Below, one piece after another: positions 13,471 through 27,260 of a stretch of 64,000 nt of DNA. Every line of letters starts with the position of its first letter. Position 1 is the first letter of the stretch. Under the pieces are notes generated by a model that saw nothing but the letters and a program-made list of their open reading frames with translations, was not told the DNA's origin and searched no databases. Position numbers and translations under genes: made by a program. This DNA comes from Vermamoeba vermiformis (Eukaryota), in assembly GCA_045837725.1 (NCBI GenBank), contig JBEWZL010000121.1, positions 1 through 64,000 of the forward strand. Reading direction: 5' to 3'.

Positions 13471-15404
13471 ATGGAAGAACGTGTAAACGTATTTGGACGA
13501 ACAGTTGAAGACCTATTCGAACCAGACGGTAACGACCTTCGAACAAGACCTATCCAACCTTTCTCAAAACAAAAACTATAAAAATATTAGCAATCGTTTT
13601 GATACTGCCAAATGGTCTGATACCCTTACATTAAATAGCAGGGTCATATAAAATACAAAATTAAATCATTACTTTTTATTGCATTATTAAAGCCAAGCAA
13701 TTATTGATTTATAAAATGCCATCATTCTATTATATTATTTAACGATTGATTTAGATTATTTTCGGATTGAACGATACTATGAGGATATCAAAGATCACAC
13801 TTTCGATACCGTTGTGCTTCCATTATCCTTGACTGAAGCCGAGGAATTAGCTAAGTATGGATATATAATATGTTTATAGAATACGGATTTAATCAACTTC
13901 GGCAGGTACCGTGAAGCAACGAAATTTTTAATGCAGATGCGCTCATTCGCTGGTACTGCTAAGATTCCGGAGATGGAGCTACCAGAGTCAACAAAGAAAG
14001 TAATGGATGACGTAAGCATAGTATGTCGATCTTTATTTCCGTTGTTTAACGAATAAGAACGCAGATCGCGGATCGATTAGACAAAGTGTTCAAAGAGTGG
14101 GGAGGCGGTGCTTTCGTGAAGCTAAGTACCCGAAGGTAATAATTACACGAGAGCTTACTGGATTGGCAAGTACTAATCGGTCTATACAGTCCTAAAGACG
14201 CTGTTTTGTCGTCACAAAAAATCAAGCAAATTATCGAAGAAGAGCTCGGAGAGAACGAACAAGACGAATACAAAGGACTGGATTGGAACACGAGAGCGCT
14301 CATTGCTTTTACCAGAGGTAAGAAGGAAGATTATCGGTTCCTCAATCAAAGTCCCAGCCTTACCTCTTTACAGCTTGTAGCAAGACAATGAAAGTAACCA
14401 CCGGACGAGAGGCAATAGAGCTATTATTTAACAGCGATCGAACTTACCAAGACATTTTGAGAATGAAGTTGATGCTCGCTGACAAGTTCGAGATGAAGCT
14501 CATCGCTCGAAAGTGGGTAGAAATCGACCCCGAATTAGAGTTCAGAAGTAAGTCTCGCCCTTGATATGAAGACTGCATCGTCATTAACCAAACTTATAAC
14601 CAGCCTTTGTTGTGAACAAGAAAATCGTCGCGTGCACGCAGTACTATCCGCTTTGTTACGTGCCAAAGTTGAGTCAAAACAAAGAGAAGATCACCAAAGT
14701 ACTCTTCGACTATTTCGAGAAAGTGAAGGACTTAATCAAAATAGAAACTTACACGATCGACTTCGTGCTCTCGAGGGATCTGAGTAAGTTGTGGTCATTT
14801 CAATCCATTGTTGAGTACTAACCATTACCTCTTGCATAAGATTCCGTTCAAATAATTGAGCTTAATAACCCTCCGCCAACGGCAGGTGTTTCATTGTTTA
14901 ACTGGGACGATCCGAACGACCGAAAGATTCTGACCGAAGGTCCTTTTCAAATGAGAATTTTGATAGATGCTTTGGTATGTACTAAGCTATCAATATAATA
15001 TTTATTTATCGTTTTTCTCAGCCCGAGACAGCAATGTCGGAGATTCATAAGCCCCTAGCAATGTTAATCCGGCGATTGGAGCAAGTGCAGAAGAAATCTC
15101 GCGGGGAGATTGAGGATTTCAACGAAGAAGACTTCATATGTCACACTAGTAGCTGCTGCAATGAATGTCGGGCAACACCGATCATTGGATACAGATTTCG
15201 GTAAGTTTTCAAGTACTCGAGGATCGGATGTCTGATCTCAACTTTAGTTGTTTGCAATGTCCGGGAAGTTATGACCTTTGTCGACCATGCTTTGAAACAG
15301 TAATTGATGACCACGACAAATCACACAATTTCGAAGTGTTTAAGTCCCCAGATCTTCCTCCTGAGCCGGTCGAACGCGCCAAAAAGCGATGTCTTATCAT
15401 GTAG
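13471..15404 (+). CDS. Cdc123/D123-like (R2K-type) ATP-grasp protein with C-terminal ZZ zinc finger and CaaX motif
   Basis: FVKLSTRSPKD, ARKWVEIDPELEFR, ACTQYY, YTIDF, IIELN motifs; then CNEC...IIGYRFRCLQCPGSYDLCRPCF...HDKSH; ends KKRCLIM*. Confidence 0.8.
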
Positions 15405-15542
15405 TTATAATGTAAGTATACTAAATCCAATTTATTCACGAATATAATCAAAGCAGTAGAAATCACGCGGTATTGAAAACATGCCATAATTGGTATTGAT
15501 TGCAAAATAAGTGGAACGGGTCATTTTTGAATACTTACCAAC

Positions 15543-17642
15543 ATGAGCGCAACAAATCAAGTTTTATTTTTATTAGCCACACTGTTGTGCGCGAGCCTCG
15601 TCAGTACGCAACATAACCATGGCAATCCGTCGACGAACAATAACAATAATGGCGGAGACGGCAGAGGTTCGTCCATGAAGTACAAGGACGCCGGTTTTAG
15701 ACTTAGTGTTCACTCGGATGGATTTTATTGCGACGGTAAGCACTTTCTTATCCTAGTTTGCAAAGCAAAGAATTTCTGGAGATCCAAGCGCGGATCTTCC
15801 ATTCAGTACTCCGCATTTTACTAAAATTCAACCAAAAACAATAGTACAACAATACAAATAATTTAAAATAAATCCGCTTATTCCTACACAATTTGGAACA
15901 TTTTATGTCACGATCAGCCGTATTCCAAACACTTCAGTGGCACTTTTTAGGAATACTTTATTTATTGTAATTAATCTTCGAAAACTGACTTACTTCTCGT
16001 ACCCGAACAATTATTGACGTCTTTTTTTGACACTTCAGAAAATCTCATGACGCCGAACGGACCGAATCCATCCGCTTCAAACGTCATTTTAGAACGACCT
16101 CAAAGTTGGGCTTATTACCATCCGTTCCGCTTATACTTTTGCGGAGTTACTTCTACAATGCCAATTTCTTACGAGATGAGGATCGAGATCGAAAACAAAT
16201 CGATAGCGCAGTTCTCAATGGCTGATGGATATCATCAAGTAAGAACATTCAATTGGATGGCGCACGTTTGCTACGGAGAGGGCTTAGACGACCCAATTTG
16301 TTGGGACAAGGTAACGAATCCGCCGAATTTTCAATTAAGTACTTATTCGTTGGTACAGATCCGCAAATCGGAGGCCATCATGATCTGCTTGGAATCCGGC
16401 GTTACCAAGGCTCATATCAATTTCTATTTCCCTGGCTCGGGTACGGAGATTTGTTTCATTTTTTTTCTCCGAGTTCTAATTTATTTAATTAGGTGAACAT
16501 GCTCACACAGATGTTCAACTCCTTTGCAACGGTACCGATTACGATCGAATTTACTGGGAGAACCCAGCATACGGCCACTGGTTGCCTGGCGGTGGTCCCT
16601 TTATCGGTTACACTCTTTTGTTGATGCTCGAGCTCGGTATCATTAAGTCAAGTAACTACAAATCCAACAACGAAATCAGAACCAAGAAAGAAGGCAGGCG
16701 TAAACGACGAAACTCAGTTGAAATTGAGACTTCGAGCGACACCAACAGCGAAGACGAAGCCAACGGACTTAATGGAGTCACTCTTGAAGACGACCAGGAT
16801 GACCTTGTAATCTCTCAACGTCGCAGTCCTCGTGGTACCGTTATCACTCGCATTTTCCGTCGCGCAAAACATGTGGCCAAGAAAACTTGGGTCGCATTGG
16901 GCTTCGAGAACTTCGTACTCGTCTCCACTGGTTTTGGTACGAAATGACATTGTTCGCTTTCAAATTATCTCATACTAACGTCGGTTTCAGGTGTTTTTGC
17001 TGCGCATATTCCTCACGGTAACATTTCGTGGGCAGATCCGTTTAACTTGATGCACTTGATGCTTGGCGGCACAATGTTAGTGATGGGTCTTGTCGGCACC
17101 CTATTCAACACAAGATACATGGCCAAGATCACCTTCAACTTTACTGTCTCACTGACCTTGGTTATGCTCGGTATCATGATGAAATATCACGAGCAAGAGG
17201 AGGGTTTGATCGGTCTTGTGCACGATACCTTTACCTACGGTAAGTACAGAATATTCAAATATACTTACTCGGTCTCGGCTCTAACTGAGGGAAATTTACG
17301 GTGATCGAAATAATTTCTTGGATTCCGACTAATTTACTTGGTTTAGGCATCGTTATCAGTGGTTTGTTCCGCATGGTTAGCGACTTCTTGCCCAAATTCA
17401 AACTCTTGTTCATCGTTACTGGTATTTGGGCCACCTTCACTTTTGCCCTTGGCTCTCCTTCGTGGATGATTTCATTCATCTCTTTGGGCATTATGGATGT
17501 AACTTTTGTGATCTTCACTGGCTTTGTCAGCATCTCTTGGGTTTGCTTCTGGGTATTTGTTGGCTATCTCGTTAACAAACGTCGCGAGTCGCGCAGTTAT
17601 CATTCCCTTAACGGTGAATCAATCGCTATGCAAGCCCTGTAA
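15543..17642 (+). CDS. Signal-peptide protein with a luminal N-terminal domain and a TMEM45/DUF716-like multi-pass membrane domain
   Basis: Hydrophobic N-terminus; HGHWLPG opens the TM region; His-bearing TM helices (LMHLML, YHEQ, LVHDT). Confidence 0.6.
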
Positions 17643-17736
17643 GACACTTTTTTTGTTGAACGGTAAAAAATTTTGTTTTTTGTAAAGTGTTCAGTCGTTT
17701 ATAGAGTTTTAAGCCTCAAACAATAGAAGCACAAAG

Positions 17737-18756
17737 ATGTCGAAAGCAACGCCGCTTCAATCAGCAGCAGGTTCGGAAATACACCAGATTGAGCACAGCT
17801 ATTGTGCCCACACTTACTTATTAAAATCAGGTCTCGGAGAAGATTTCAAAGTTCAAGATTTGATCAAATCTGGTAAAGCGGGTGACGTGAACGCAGGTGA
17901 CGCGAAGGTAAATTTGAGATCAATTCATAATCCAACCGTAATGGCGTTGTAAAATTACATAAAATACAGGGATGGACTGCTTTGCATACTGCCGTTGCTC
18001 ATAACCACGAGTAAGCGTAATATACAATTTAATAAAATTTAATTGAGAAAAAAATCTTTTTCAACTGGAATTAAAATCTAATTATGCAATCAGCGGTGTC
18101 GTAGAAATTCTGCTTAAGGATGGCAAAGCAAATTCCAATGTCAAGGATCGTGATTCAACAACACCATTGCACGTCGCTGCCGCTGCAGGAAACGCAAAGG
18201 TGGATCATTCAATTTCCGTATCTTGTGCCTGAAAATTAATATTTATTATTCAAGGTCGTTAACACTTTATTACAACACGGTGCGCAAGTTGGTGCGAAGA
18301 ATAGAAATGGTATGAATGGAGTTTCAAATGACGAACGAATGAAACCCTTTTGTCCACGACAAGGCTAACGCGTAACATATCGCAGGTGAAACTGCCTTGA
18401 TGCTAGCAGTGAGCAACAATACGTAAGCGGAAGTGGAAGGACGCTTCAAAGTTAATTGGTTCTAATCTCACCCCTAGGCCGAATGCGTTGATTACCGCAC
18501 AAAATTTGATTAATGGCGGCGCTAATGTAAATGTAAGTACTTTTTCTGTGATTAGCGTTCTTATTTATCTTTATGACTTGTCTAGGATAAAAACAATTCG
18601 GGCCGAACAGCGTTGCATTTGGCCGTTCGCGCCGGATCTGTTCCAGTTGTCCAATTGCTGATCGCGCAAGGCGCTAAAAAAGACGCTACCGATAACTTGG
18701 GAATGTCCGTCAAGGATTTTGCTGAAGGAAATCAAGAGATTATTAACTTGCTTTAA
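17737..18756 (+). CDS. Small ankyrin-repeat protein
   Basis: Exons encode GWTALHTAV, STTPLHVAAAAGN, GETALMLAV, GRTALHLAVRAG. Confidence 0.85.
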
Positions 18757-18963
18757 CGCGAGCGCGATGTATTATTAATAATTGTTAAATGTTCATGATC
18801 ACAGATACCGAATCCATTTTATATTTACACTGGTGTAGAAGTGCTATGTAACACAGTTTATTTTGGAGGAGTATTGAATCACAACGAAGCGTGACACTAC
18901 AGAAACTTCCAAATCCACAATAATGCTAACTCTAATTGCCTATCAATGGGACTACCACACTAA

Positions 18964-21900
18964 ATGATTGTTCTTATCTTGACATTGTTGGTAGTGTCCG
19001 CTAGCATCGCGGATATGCGTCAAATCCAACCTCTTCCGCAAACTGAACAGCAAGTCTTGCATGATTTATTAGATGCTATTAATTTAGAATATATTGGGTG
19101 GCGTCGAGACTTCATTTCAGGAGCTTGCAATGATAAAAATGTATATTTTGCTGGATTAACTTGCGGAGACGCAGAAATATTTGACTCGACGAGCGGAAAA
19201 AATGTATCTGTTAGAGTTATTGAGGATTTGTAAGTATTCATAATTATTTCCATTTATTCATTCAATTAATTTTGTGTGGTGCGTTGAACACCTTTGTTTA
19301 CATTTTAGCTAATTAATGAAGCATCTAATTATCAATATAATAATCCTATTTTAGGAATTTACGAGATTCATCTCTTCGCGGCACAATTCCAAGCTCGATC
19401 GGGAACTTGTTGCATCTACAGGAGCTGTAAGCGTTGCACGGCCAAATAATAGTGATATTAATTCGTACTCATCATAGGCACGTAGTTGGTACAGGTTTTC
19501 ATGGCACAATACCCGCATCACTAGCTGACATCTCGACTTTGCGGACACTGTAAGGTTGCAATTGATCCAACTAATCTAATCTCAATTATGTAGGATAATT
19601 GGCGAAACTAATATCGAAGGCACCGTGCCAGACATCTTTAATAATAAGCCTTACTTAAGTAACGTGTACGTAACAGTGTTTCTTATTATCGGTCCCAATA
19701 CTCAACATTATTAACAGGGAGTTTGTTGACAATGCACGATTAAAAGGCACCATTCCCGCGTCGTTATTTGGATTGTCAAGACTACAGAATTTGTAAGATA
19801 CGAATAACGAAGGCTAGGATACATTTTAATCTTCGACTTCTAGAATGTTGAACTCGCCATTTGAAGGCACGATTCCTGAGGCCATTGGTCAATTAACGGC
19901 CATTAATTTTCTGTAAGTCATATTACGTAAGCTCGTATAATATTAATCAATCTTTGTTACAAAGGGGACTTCGTGGAACGAACTTTGTTGGGACCATTCC
20001 CGCTAGCATTAACAATCTGCGTAACATGCTGCATTTGTACGTCGTTGGTAATTAGTGTGCACTTATTTAACGCTTGTTTCAGCTACATTTCGGACAACAA
20101 GCAATTGAGCGGATCTCTTCCGTTTACCGCTGAAATGCCAAATTTAATCAACATGTAAGCGCTCCTTATTACTCTTATTCATATTTTAACACTACTGTAT
20201 TAGGGAAGTAGTTGATAATCCGCAAATAGAAGGAACTCTGCAAGACTTCGTTACGTATACTCCGAACGTCGCTTGGCTGTAAGTTGAATTCTCTAATGCC
20301 CATTAGTATTAAGACTTATTTAGGCGAGTTCACGGTTCGAAGTTTTCAGGAACAATTCCGTCGTCCATCGGTAGACTAGGAAAACTCGAACGATTGTAAG
20401 ATTGGGCTCGATCGTAGTTGACGAATTGCACTAGACTCACGGCTATATTTTACCAGCATATTGCGTAATTTGCCGCTCACTGGAACAATTCCTGATAGTA
20501 TCTCCAACTGCAGATCATTGAATGCTTTGTAAGTTACGATAGCTTAATCAAGATAATTTGTATACTAAATTGGCTTCTAGCGAGGTGTCGAAGACGCAAG
20601 TATCCGGTGCTATTCCCAGCAGCTTATCACAATTGACTTCACTGCTTGTTTTGTAAGTACTGTAATCCTATGGCAAGGTAGATTATCACCAGAGCTGATG
20701 TGAACAAACAGAATCCTATCTGAAAATCGATTGGAGGGCACAATTCCAGGAGACATTTTCGCTCGTGCACAGCGCATGGTTTGGCTGTAAGTGTCACCAA
20801 ATGATTTCTCCACGTTCCTCGTACTAATATACATATAGTGATCTCTCTTCCAACAAATTGAGCGGAACAATTAGCCCTCAAATAGGCAGCATGCCGGCTC
20901 TGCAGTATTTGTAAGTAATCGCAGTGCCAAAGAATGACCTAACGCTGTGTTTAACCACTTTCTTCTTCTCAGAATTTTAGCCCGAAATCAGCTTGTGGGT
21001 ACTCTGCCGACAGAGCTATCTGGACTTACTCGAGCTGTGTTAATGTAAGTTATAGGAGATCTGTGCACGACATTAACGTGTTGTAGTAACTTGGCGTCCA
21101 ACAATTTCATCGGTGAAGTTCCCTCGCTGTACCTCATGACCAGACTTCGTGATTTGTAAGCAACACTAATAACCGCTCATTAACTGGTACTAACGGTTAC
21201 TATCCATAGGAATTTGAGCGACAACAGGTTCTCTGGTTCGCTGCCTGATTTTCATCTCTTGCCCGAGATGGCCAATGTTCGTGTCAGCAACAATTCATTC
21301 ACGGGTGCTATTCCACCCTCAGTAGGCACCTTGAGATCATTAGTCCTCCTGTAAGCTATTATTCTATTTCCTCTGCATCATTAGCTAAGACAGTGCTGTC
21401 AGGGATGCAAGTGAAAATCAGCTTTCGGGTACCTTGCCCGATTTGTCAAACTTACCGAGGCTACGACAAATGTAAGGCAAAGGCATTGTAACAATAATAC
21501 CTAATATAGTATCGCAGAGATGTCTCTAGTAATCAGTTGGGCGGGTGTTTGCCTCAGTTTGCACAAATTCAAGTAGACCAATGGTAACCACAACCACTAA
21601 TACTTGCAATTGTTACAGCTAATCATTTGCTTATAGCTTATTCCTAAACAACAATTTCGAATGCTGTTGTACGTCAGTACCTCCGTGTACAATGCTACGC
21701 ACACCGTGTGACTACGATCATTGCAACTTCCCGTCAAAAGCGCCAGTTGACGATGACGATGAAGACGATTTAACGCCGCACGAAGAAGGAAAAGAGCTGA
21801 AAGGATACGAAATAGCAATAGCCATCATCATTCCTATCGCTGTAGTAGTCGGTGTTGTCTTTTTAGCTATCCACTTGGTATCGAGGTGAGCAGATCCAGA

Positions 21901-23757
21901 TCCACTTTATTTTTGTCAGTCATTAACCACTATACTCTTAGACAAGAGAAGATTCGACACTATCGCACGTACATTGATGATGAACCTGGTCTCAGCAACT
22001 TTGGCGTTGTTCAATCGAGCAGCGTCGTGCCAGCAATTGTCAATTGGATTCCTCCATTGTCCCACAAGTGCGTACATCGCTGATCAAACTATGATTTCGT
22101 CGTGCTTAATTGTGCTTTAGATTTACGGAACTTGAGAAACTGCCGATCAAACTGTCCAAGTCGACCTTCACTTTTGACAACGAAGGAAATCAGTTTGAAG
22201 TTCAACGTCAATACGTGGACTCCTTCACCGTGTCTATCCGTTTGCCTAAGGTAAAAACAGTTAATATAGTTGGTATAATGCTTACGTCAACTTAGGTCCC
22301 GCCTCCCAAACCGCTGAACCTCAATCGCGACACTGAAATAGTTGAGTTAGATGATATGGACTCGGTAAATATCAATTTTTTAACTACTAGACTATGCATT
22401 TTCTAATACTCGAACAGAAACGCAATGTCGCAGATCCCAACAAAGTGTACAACGTCAGATTTCACGTGCCCAACACATACAAGTACCAATTTGCCATCGA
22501 ACCGTCTTCTGTTGTTGTCGTCAAGGTATGTTAGTGACCTAAAGGTTGATACGCTGACTTGCTGCAGGGACGCAATGCCGATGTGGATGTGAAGCTGACG
22601 ATGAACATGACCACCGAAGTGAACATCAAAATTGGCGTGGAAATCGAGAACTTGAAAATTTATTCGTTCTTGTACGTGCATGCAAACGCCCAGCCTTCAC
22701 ATTTGATCGATTACGATGAAGTTGATCTCGAGAGCTCGATTTCAATTGGTGATGGACCGTAAGTTAGCGAGTATATTTTGACTTGGTTAGACATTTGATA
22801 ACATTATCATTATTAGTTATGGATCCGTCTACAGAGGAAAGGTATGAAGGTATTGTAAGTGTTGATATGTAGCTAATTCTTGTGCAGTATCGTGGCTTGG
22901 AAGTAGCTGTCAAACGACTCAAAATTCATGACCTGCAACCAGACATAAGAGAAAAATTTATTCGTGAGGTCCAATTGATGAATAAATTGCGTCACTCGAA
23001 TATCGGTAAGAAAATTTTATCGCATTTGACGCGTCTGACGTCGTTTTAGTTCAATTCATTGGCGCATCCGAAGCATCAGGGAAAATGGCCATTGTTACCG
23101 AATTTATTGAAGGAGGATACGTAGGGCAGGTATGTCGAACGAAACTAAAAGAATTGGATTTGCTATTGGGTACTAATGAGGTGAATAGTTATTGCTGGCA
23201 CAACCGCAGTCAGGATGGAAACTTAGGTTGCGCATTGCTCTTGACGCGGCCAAAGCGTTGGAATTCTTACATCAAAACCATTGCACCCACCGCGATATAA
23301 AGATGGAGAACTTAATGGTAAGGCTAACTTGTAGTGAGAAAGTGCTGATGGTTCCGTTCAGGTTGTTTCTCAAGATCCATCCGCGCCAGTGGTAGTCAAG
23401 TTAGGCGACTTTGGAACGTCACGCGCACTAGGCGATGCTTCGAAACATCACTTTTCAGTCGATGAATTGCTGTACATGGCCCCTGAAGTTTTGAACAAGC
23501 AACCGTACGATACCAAAGCGGATGTGTACGCGTTTGGTGTAGTTCTGTGGATTATCGCCGCGCAAAAACTGCCTTATCAAAGTATGTCACATCCACGGGA
23601 TATAATAGCACACGTGACTTCAGGACGTCGTGAGATTATTCCTCGAGATTGTCCTGGAGATCTGGCTTCCTTAATCAAGCAGTGCTGGGCTCAAAATCCA
23701 GAGGATAGACCCGATTTTTCCACTATTGTGCGAGAGCTGCAGATTTCTCAAGCTTAG
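18964..23757 (+). CDS. LRR receptor-like kinase (signal peptide, ~19 plant-type LRRs, TM helix, juxtamembrane domain, TKL kinase)
   Basis: LxxNxLxGxIP repeats on ~72-nt exons; TM IAIAIIIPIAVVVGVVFLAI; kinase motifs GDGPYG, VAVK, HRDIKMEN, DFG, APE, DVYAFG, CWxxxPEDRPDF. Confidence 0.9.
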
Positions 23758-23924
23758 TTCAGTAAACATTGTTGTACATTTAAAATCGGACAAACATTTT
23801 AATCAGAGAGTAATGTTGTTACCACTCAGCTTTAAAGCAATGCTATGCCATGGAACATTGAAAAGCTTATCAATAGTAGGTAAATCATTCACTAAATGGT
23901 ACATTTACTATTTACACTGATCCA

Positions 23925-25334
23925 TTAATGCTTAAATCGAGGATCTGAAGTATTTTTTAAGATCTCGGCATAATCAAAGTAATTCTTCGCTCGAATGTAT
24001 TCCGCCACATTCTTATCCAACATCTGCTCCATTTCTGCGATATTTCCGCTTAGAATACAATTGCGTACTGCCGTCGATGAAAAATCTTCAGTCTCGGATT
24101 CGATGAGGATAAAATGCCGTTCCGCAGTGTTGTTGATGTTACTATTATTAGGTTGACTATTGTACTCTTCATCTGATATCCATCTTATCGCCGCCATTTG
24201 TTTGCAAAGGATGTTTCTCGACGTATTCTTTCCATTCTTGGCGCAATTGCTCTCCGTAACCTGGTCTGCAAACACCAACAAATTTCATTGGTCGTTTGCC
24301 ATTACGATTGTGAAATCCACATCGAACTGCTAGATCTGAAGAAAAAAAAGATTTTTAATGCAAACAATCGGTAGCTATCAAAGATTTGATTTAGAATTCT
24401 TTTTAAGGGAAATAGAGTAATACTAGGTTTTTAATTTCAATCTTTATATGCTTAAGAATTTGAAGATGGATCAAGTTTAAACTTACCGGCGCCGCACAAA
24501 TAAAAGACTGTCATGTCGCTGGTATATTTCTGTTCGATGTTTTTTACGACAAATTCGTTAATTTGACGCGTTACTGCGCCTAAATCAACGAAGAACGGCT
24601 GGGAACCTTCCCACGATGAAACCTCGATCCAATCACTATCTTTGACAGCCAGCTGCGCCATTTTAACTCTAACAATATTATATTAGCATTAAAATGACCA
24701 AATTTCTATCTAATAATGCCATATGAGATTAGATAAGCAAAAAAAGAATTACCTGTCTTCGATCGGAATTGCGAAGTCGCCTACTTTCGCGTGAACATGA
24801 AAGTGATGACTTGGAGATAAAAACCCTAGTTGATTTAATGTTAGTATAAAGACTGTTTCATTGAATTGACGATTTTTCGCGAATTCTTCATGGATGTGGT
24901 CTTTACCTCCAACTACGTAATAATTGTATTCTTTTTCGAGGTGCTTTTTAGCTGATTCAAATACTTCAACGTGCATTTTGTGTATGGGACAATAGGACCC
25001 TAATAAAAAGTAAATTTCCGGATTCAACTAAAGAAATTATTTGAAATAAATTCAAAAATAAAATTAATAATGTATAATTTGCCTACCAGTAGCGACTAGC
25101 ACTGCATATCGTCTACGTGGTTTATTGTCGCAGATCTTTAATTGACTACGTAATTTTTTTAACGGCGTCAAATTTTCGTCGTTGTCCACAAGCTGTGGAG
25201 GTGAAAATCCATCGTCACTATCTCGTCCTATTAAAATAAATTAATTTAAGCATGATTAACAAAGAGCGGGCGATCTTGGTCTTGGATCGAAGACTGCACG
25301 TTGTTGGCTATTACGTACGGTTTGTATTGCCCAT
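23925..25334 (-). CDS. NMNAT-like nucleotidyltransferase (HxxH cytidylyltransferase superfamily)
   Basis: ATGSYCPIHKMH, VVGGFLSPSH, RVKMAQLAVKDSDWIEVSSWEG, YLCGAD, FSSTAVR. First exon MGNTN is inferred. Confidence 0.8.
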
Positions 25335-25992
25335 TTTACACTAATACTAATGATCTTTGTGCTAATTGCCACTTGTGCTATTAGCGGTCGATTTAAAAAA
25401 AAAAATACGTCATCCGCTTGCGTGATTTTTTGGCCAAAAATTTTTGTGACTGTCAAGAGTCGAGCCAAAAAGCACCGATAAAAGTAGGCACTGTGACTGA
25501 TGGATAACCTTGACCGATAGATCAATCGCGGATTGGATTCTGCAGAGCGTAAATGCAAAGTTACAGCAGTTACAGATAAGACTCAGATTATAGCATGACG
25601 ATGTAGTCTTGTCAAAGACATTTTTTATCCCTAAATATTACGATAATCAACATGAGATGGCAGATGAAGCCCAGTGTCAGTTTGATTTTCTGAACATCGA
25701 TTTTCGGTAGTCGTAAGAGTCTGCATAGAAATAATCTGTAGATGCTTCCCCAAATATAGAAAGTTTTTAAACGTGTTCCCTCACAAAGGGGGGTTTTGAA
25801 ATTTTTTATTTTTGGGTTGAAGGTTTTTTGGGTTTTTTTTTTTTTTTTTTTTTTTTTTTGGAATTTTTCCAAACTATTAAAAACTGAGCTATTGTAATTC
25901 ATTCAACATCATAGCAGAACAACACAAATTGTGTTAACTCGACAATCAAAGCAACTCAACAAAATCTATAACTCCGAATCCATTTCGTCAAC

Positions 25993-26920
25993 ATGGCATT
26001 GAAGGGCAAAGTCGCTTTAGTTACTGGTGATCAAGAGGTATTGGTACTGGCATTGCCATCGAACTTGCGCGTGAAGGAGCCAACATTGCCTTTACTTATG
26101 TAAGCAACGCGGATGCCGCGCAGAAGGTGAGTGGATCTATCTCCTCGTCCTGAATTACGTTGCCTTATATCAATCTCATGCTTGCTACTAGACCGCCGAA
26201 GCGCTCAAAACTATAGGTGTGCGTGCACTCGCTATCCGAAACGACGTGGCGGATCTGAATGGCCATCAAGATCTCGTCGACAAAGTCCTCGCTGAATTCG
26301 GAAAAATTGATATTTTAATAAATAATGCTGGTGTGTTTGGAGGAGCTCCTCTTGGAAAACTTACCGAAGTTGAATTCGATCGTGTGTTCAACATCAACAC
26401 CAAGGTAACTAACTGCCTTGTAGCTGCATCTCCGCTTAAACTCTCTCGTATTAACGATTGTGCTTCTTAGGCCGCTCTTTTCCTCATCCAAGCAGTTATT
26501 CCGCACATTCCGTCGGGCGGATCCATCATCAACATTAGCAGCGCCGGCACCAAAGTTGCAATGCCACAGCCAGTGTACCTTGCCAGTAAATTAGCTCTCG
26601 AAGGCTTCACTGTCAGTCTTGCACGAGAGCTAGGCGCTAAAGGCATCAGAATCAACACGGTCTCGCCTGGCTACACTGACACGGACATGATGGCCGCCGG
26701 AGGACCTGACTTAGTCAAAGCTGGCATCGCAGCCTCTCCGCTCAGTCGCGTTGGTAAGGCTGTCCATCTCTCATAGCCGCGTAGTAGTACTTATGTTGTT
26801 GGTTCAGGCACTATTGAAGACGTTGGTCGTGTCGTAGCTTGGGTGGCGGATCCAGTCAAGGCCGGTTGGATTGTCGGACAAAACATCTCCGCTGCCGGTG
26901 GTGCTGTGTTGTTGGCTTAG
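25993..26920 (+). CDS. Short-chain dehydrogenase/reductase (FabG-like) with a 1-nt deletion in the TGxxxGIG motif
   Basis: MALKGKVALVTG, NNAG, YLASK, INTVSPGYTDT. ACTGGTGATCAAGAGGTATTGGT lacks one base relative to TG-x-SRGIG (~26028). Confidence 0.85.
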
Positions 26921-27260
26921 TTTTAATACGGGCCATATAATTAATAAGTCCACATTGGTATCATAGCACCGTGAGTTCTACCTTGTAATTTCGTTAATTA
27001 TTGTAAACTGTGTGGATCAAGTTTTGACTTACGATGCAATACAGCGTTACAATTATGATTCGTATTCATTCGCTCGCGTCCGATTGATCAGTGCTCTGTA
27101 ATGTCAGTCAGTGAATGTTCAAATTATCTTTCGCTGCTCGGTACTCCACGAATTTTCGTGCAAGTGTCGCTTAGATCGCCTGTGTCGCAAGGCTGACCTG
27201 TAAAATATAAAGAGGTGAGCAGTGTATTTGTTACAAATACTCAACAACTAAACAACAATC

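Noticed and set aside
25420-25745. Weak similarity between two short minus-strand ORFs (YRCFLARLL / YRLFLCRLL)
   Set aside because: Too short and degenerate to distinguish from chance.
25780-25870. Poly-T/poly-G tract giving a poly-Lys ORF
   Set aside because: Homopolymer-rich low-quality sequence, probably an assembly artefact; no TSD to support a retroposon tail.
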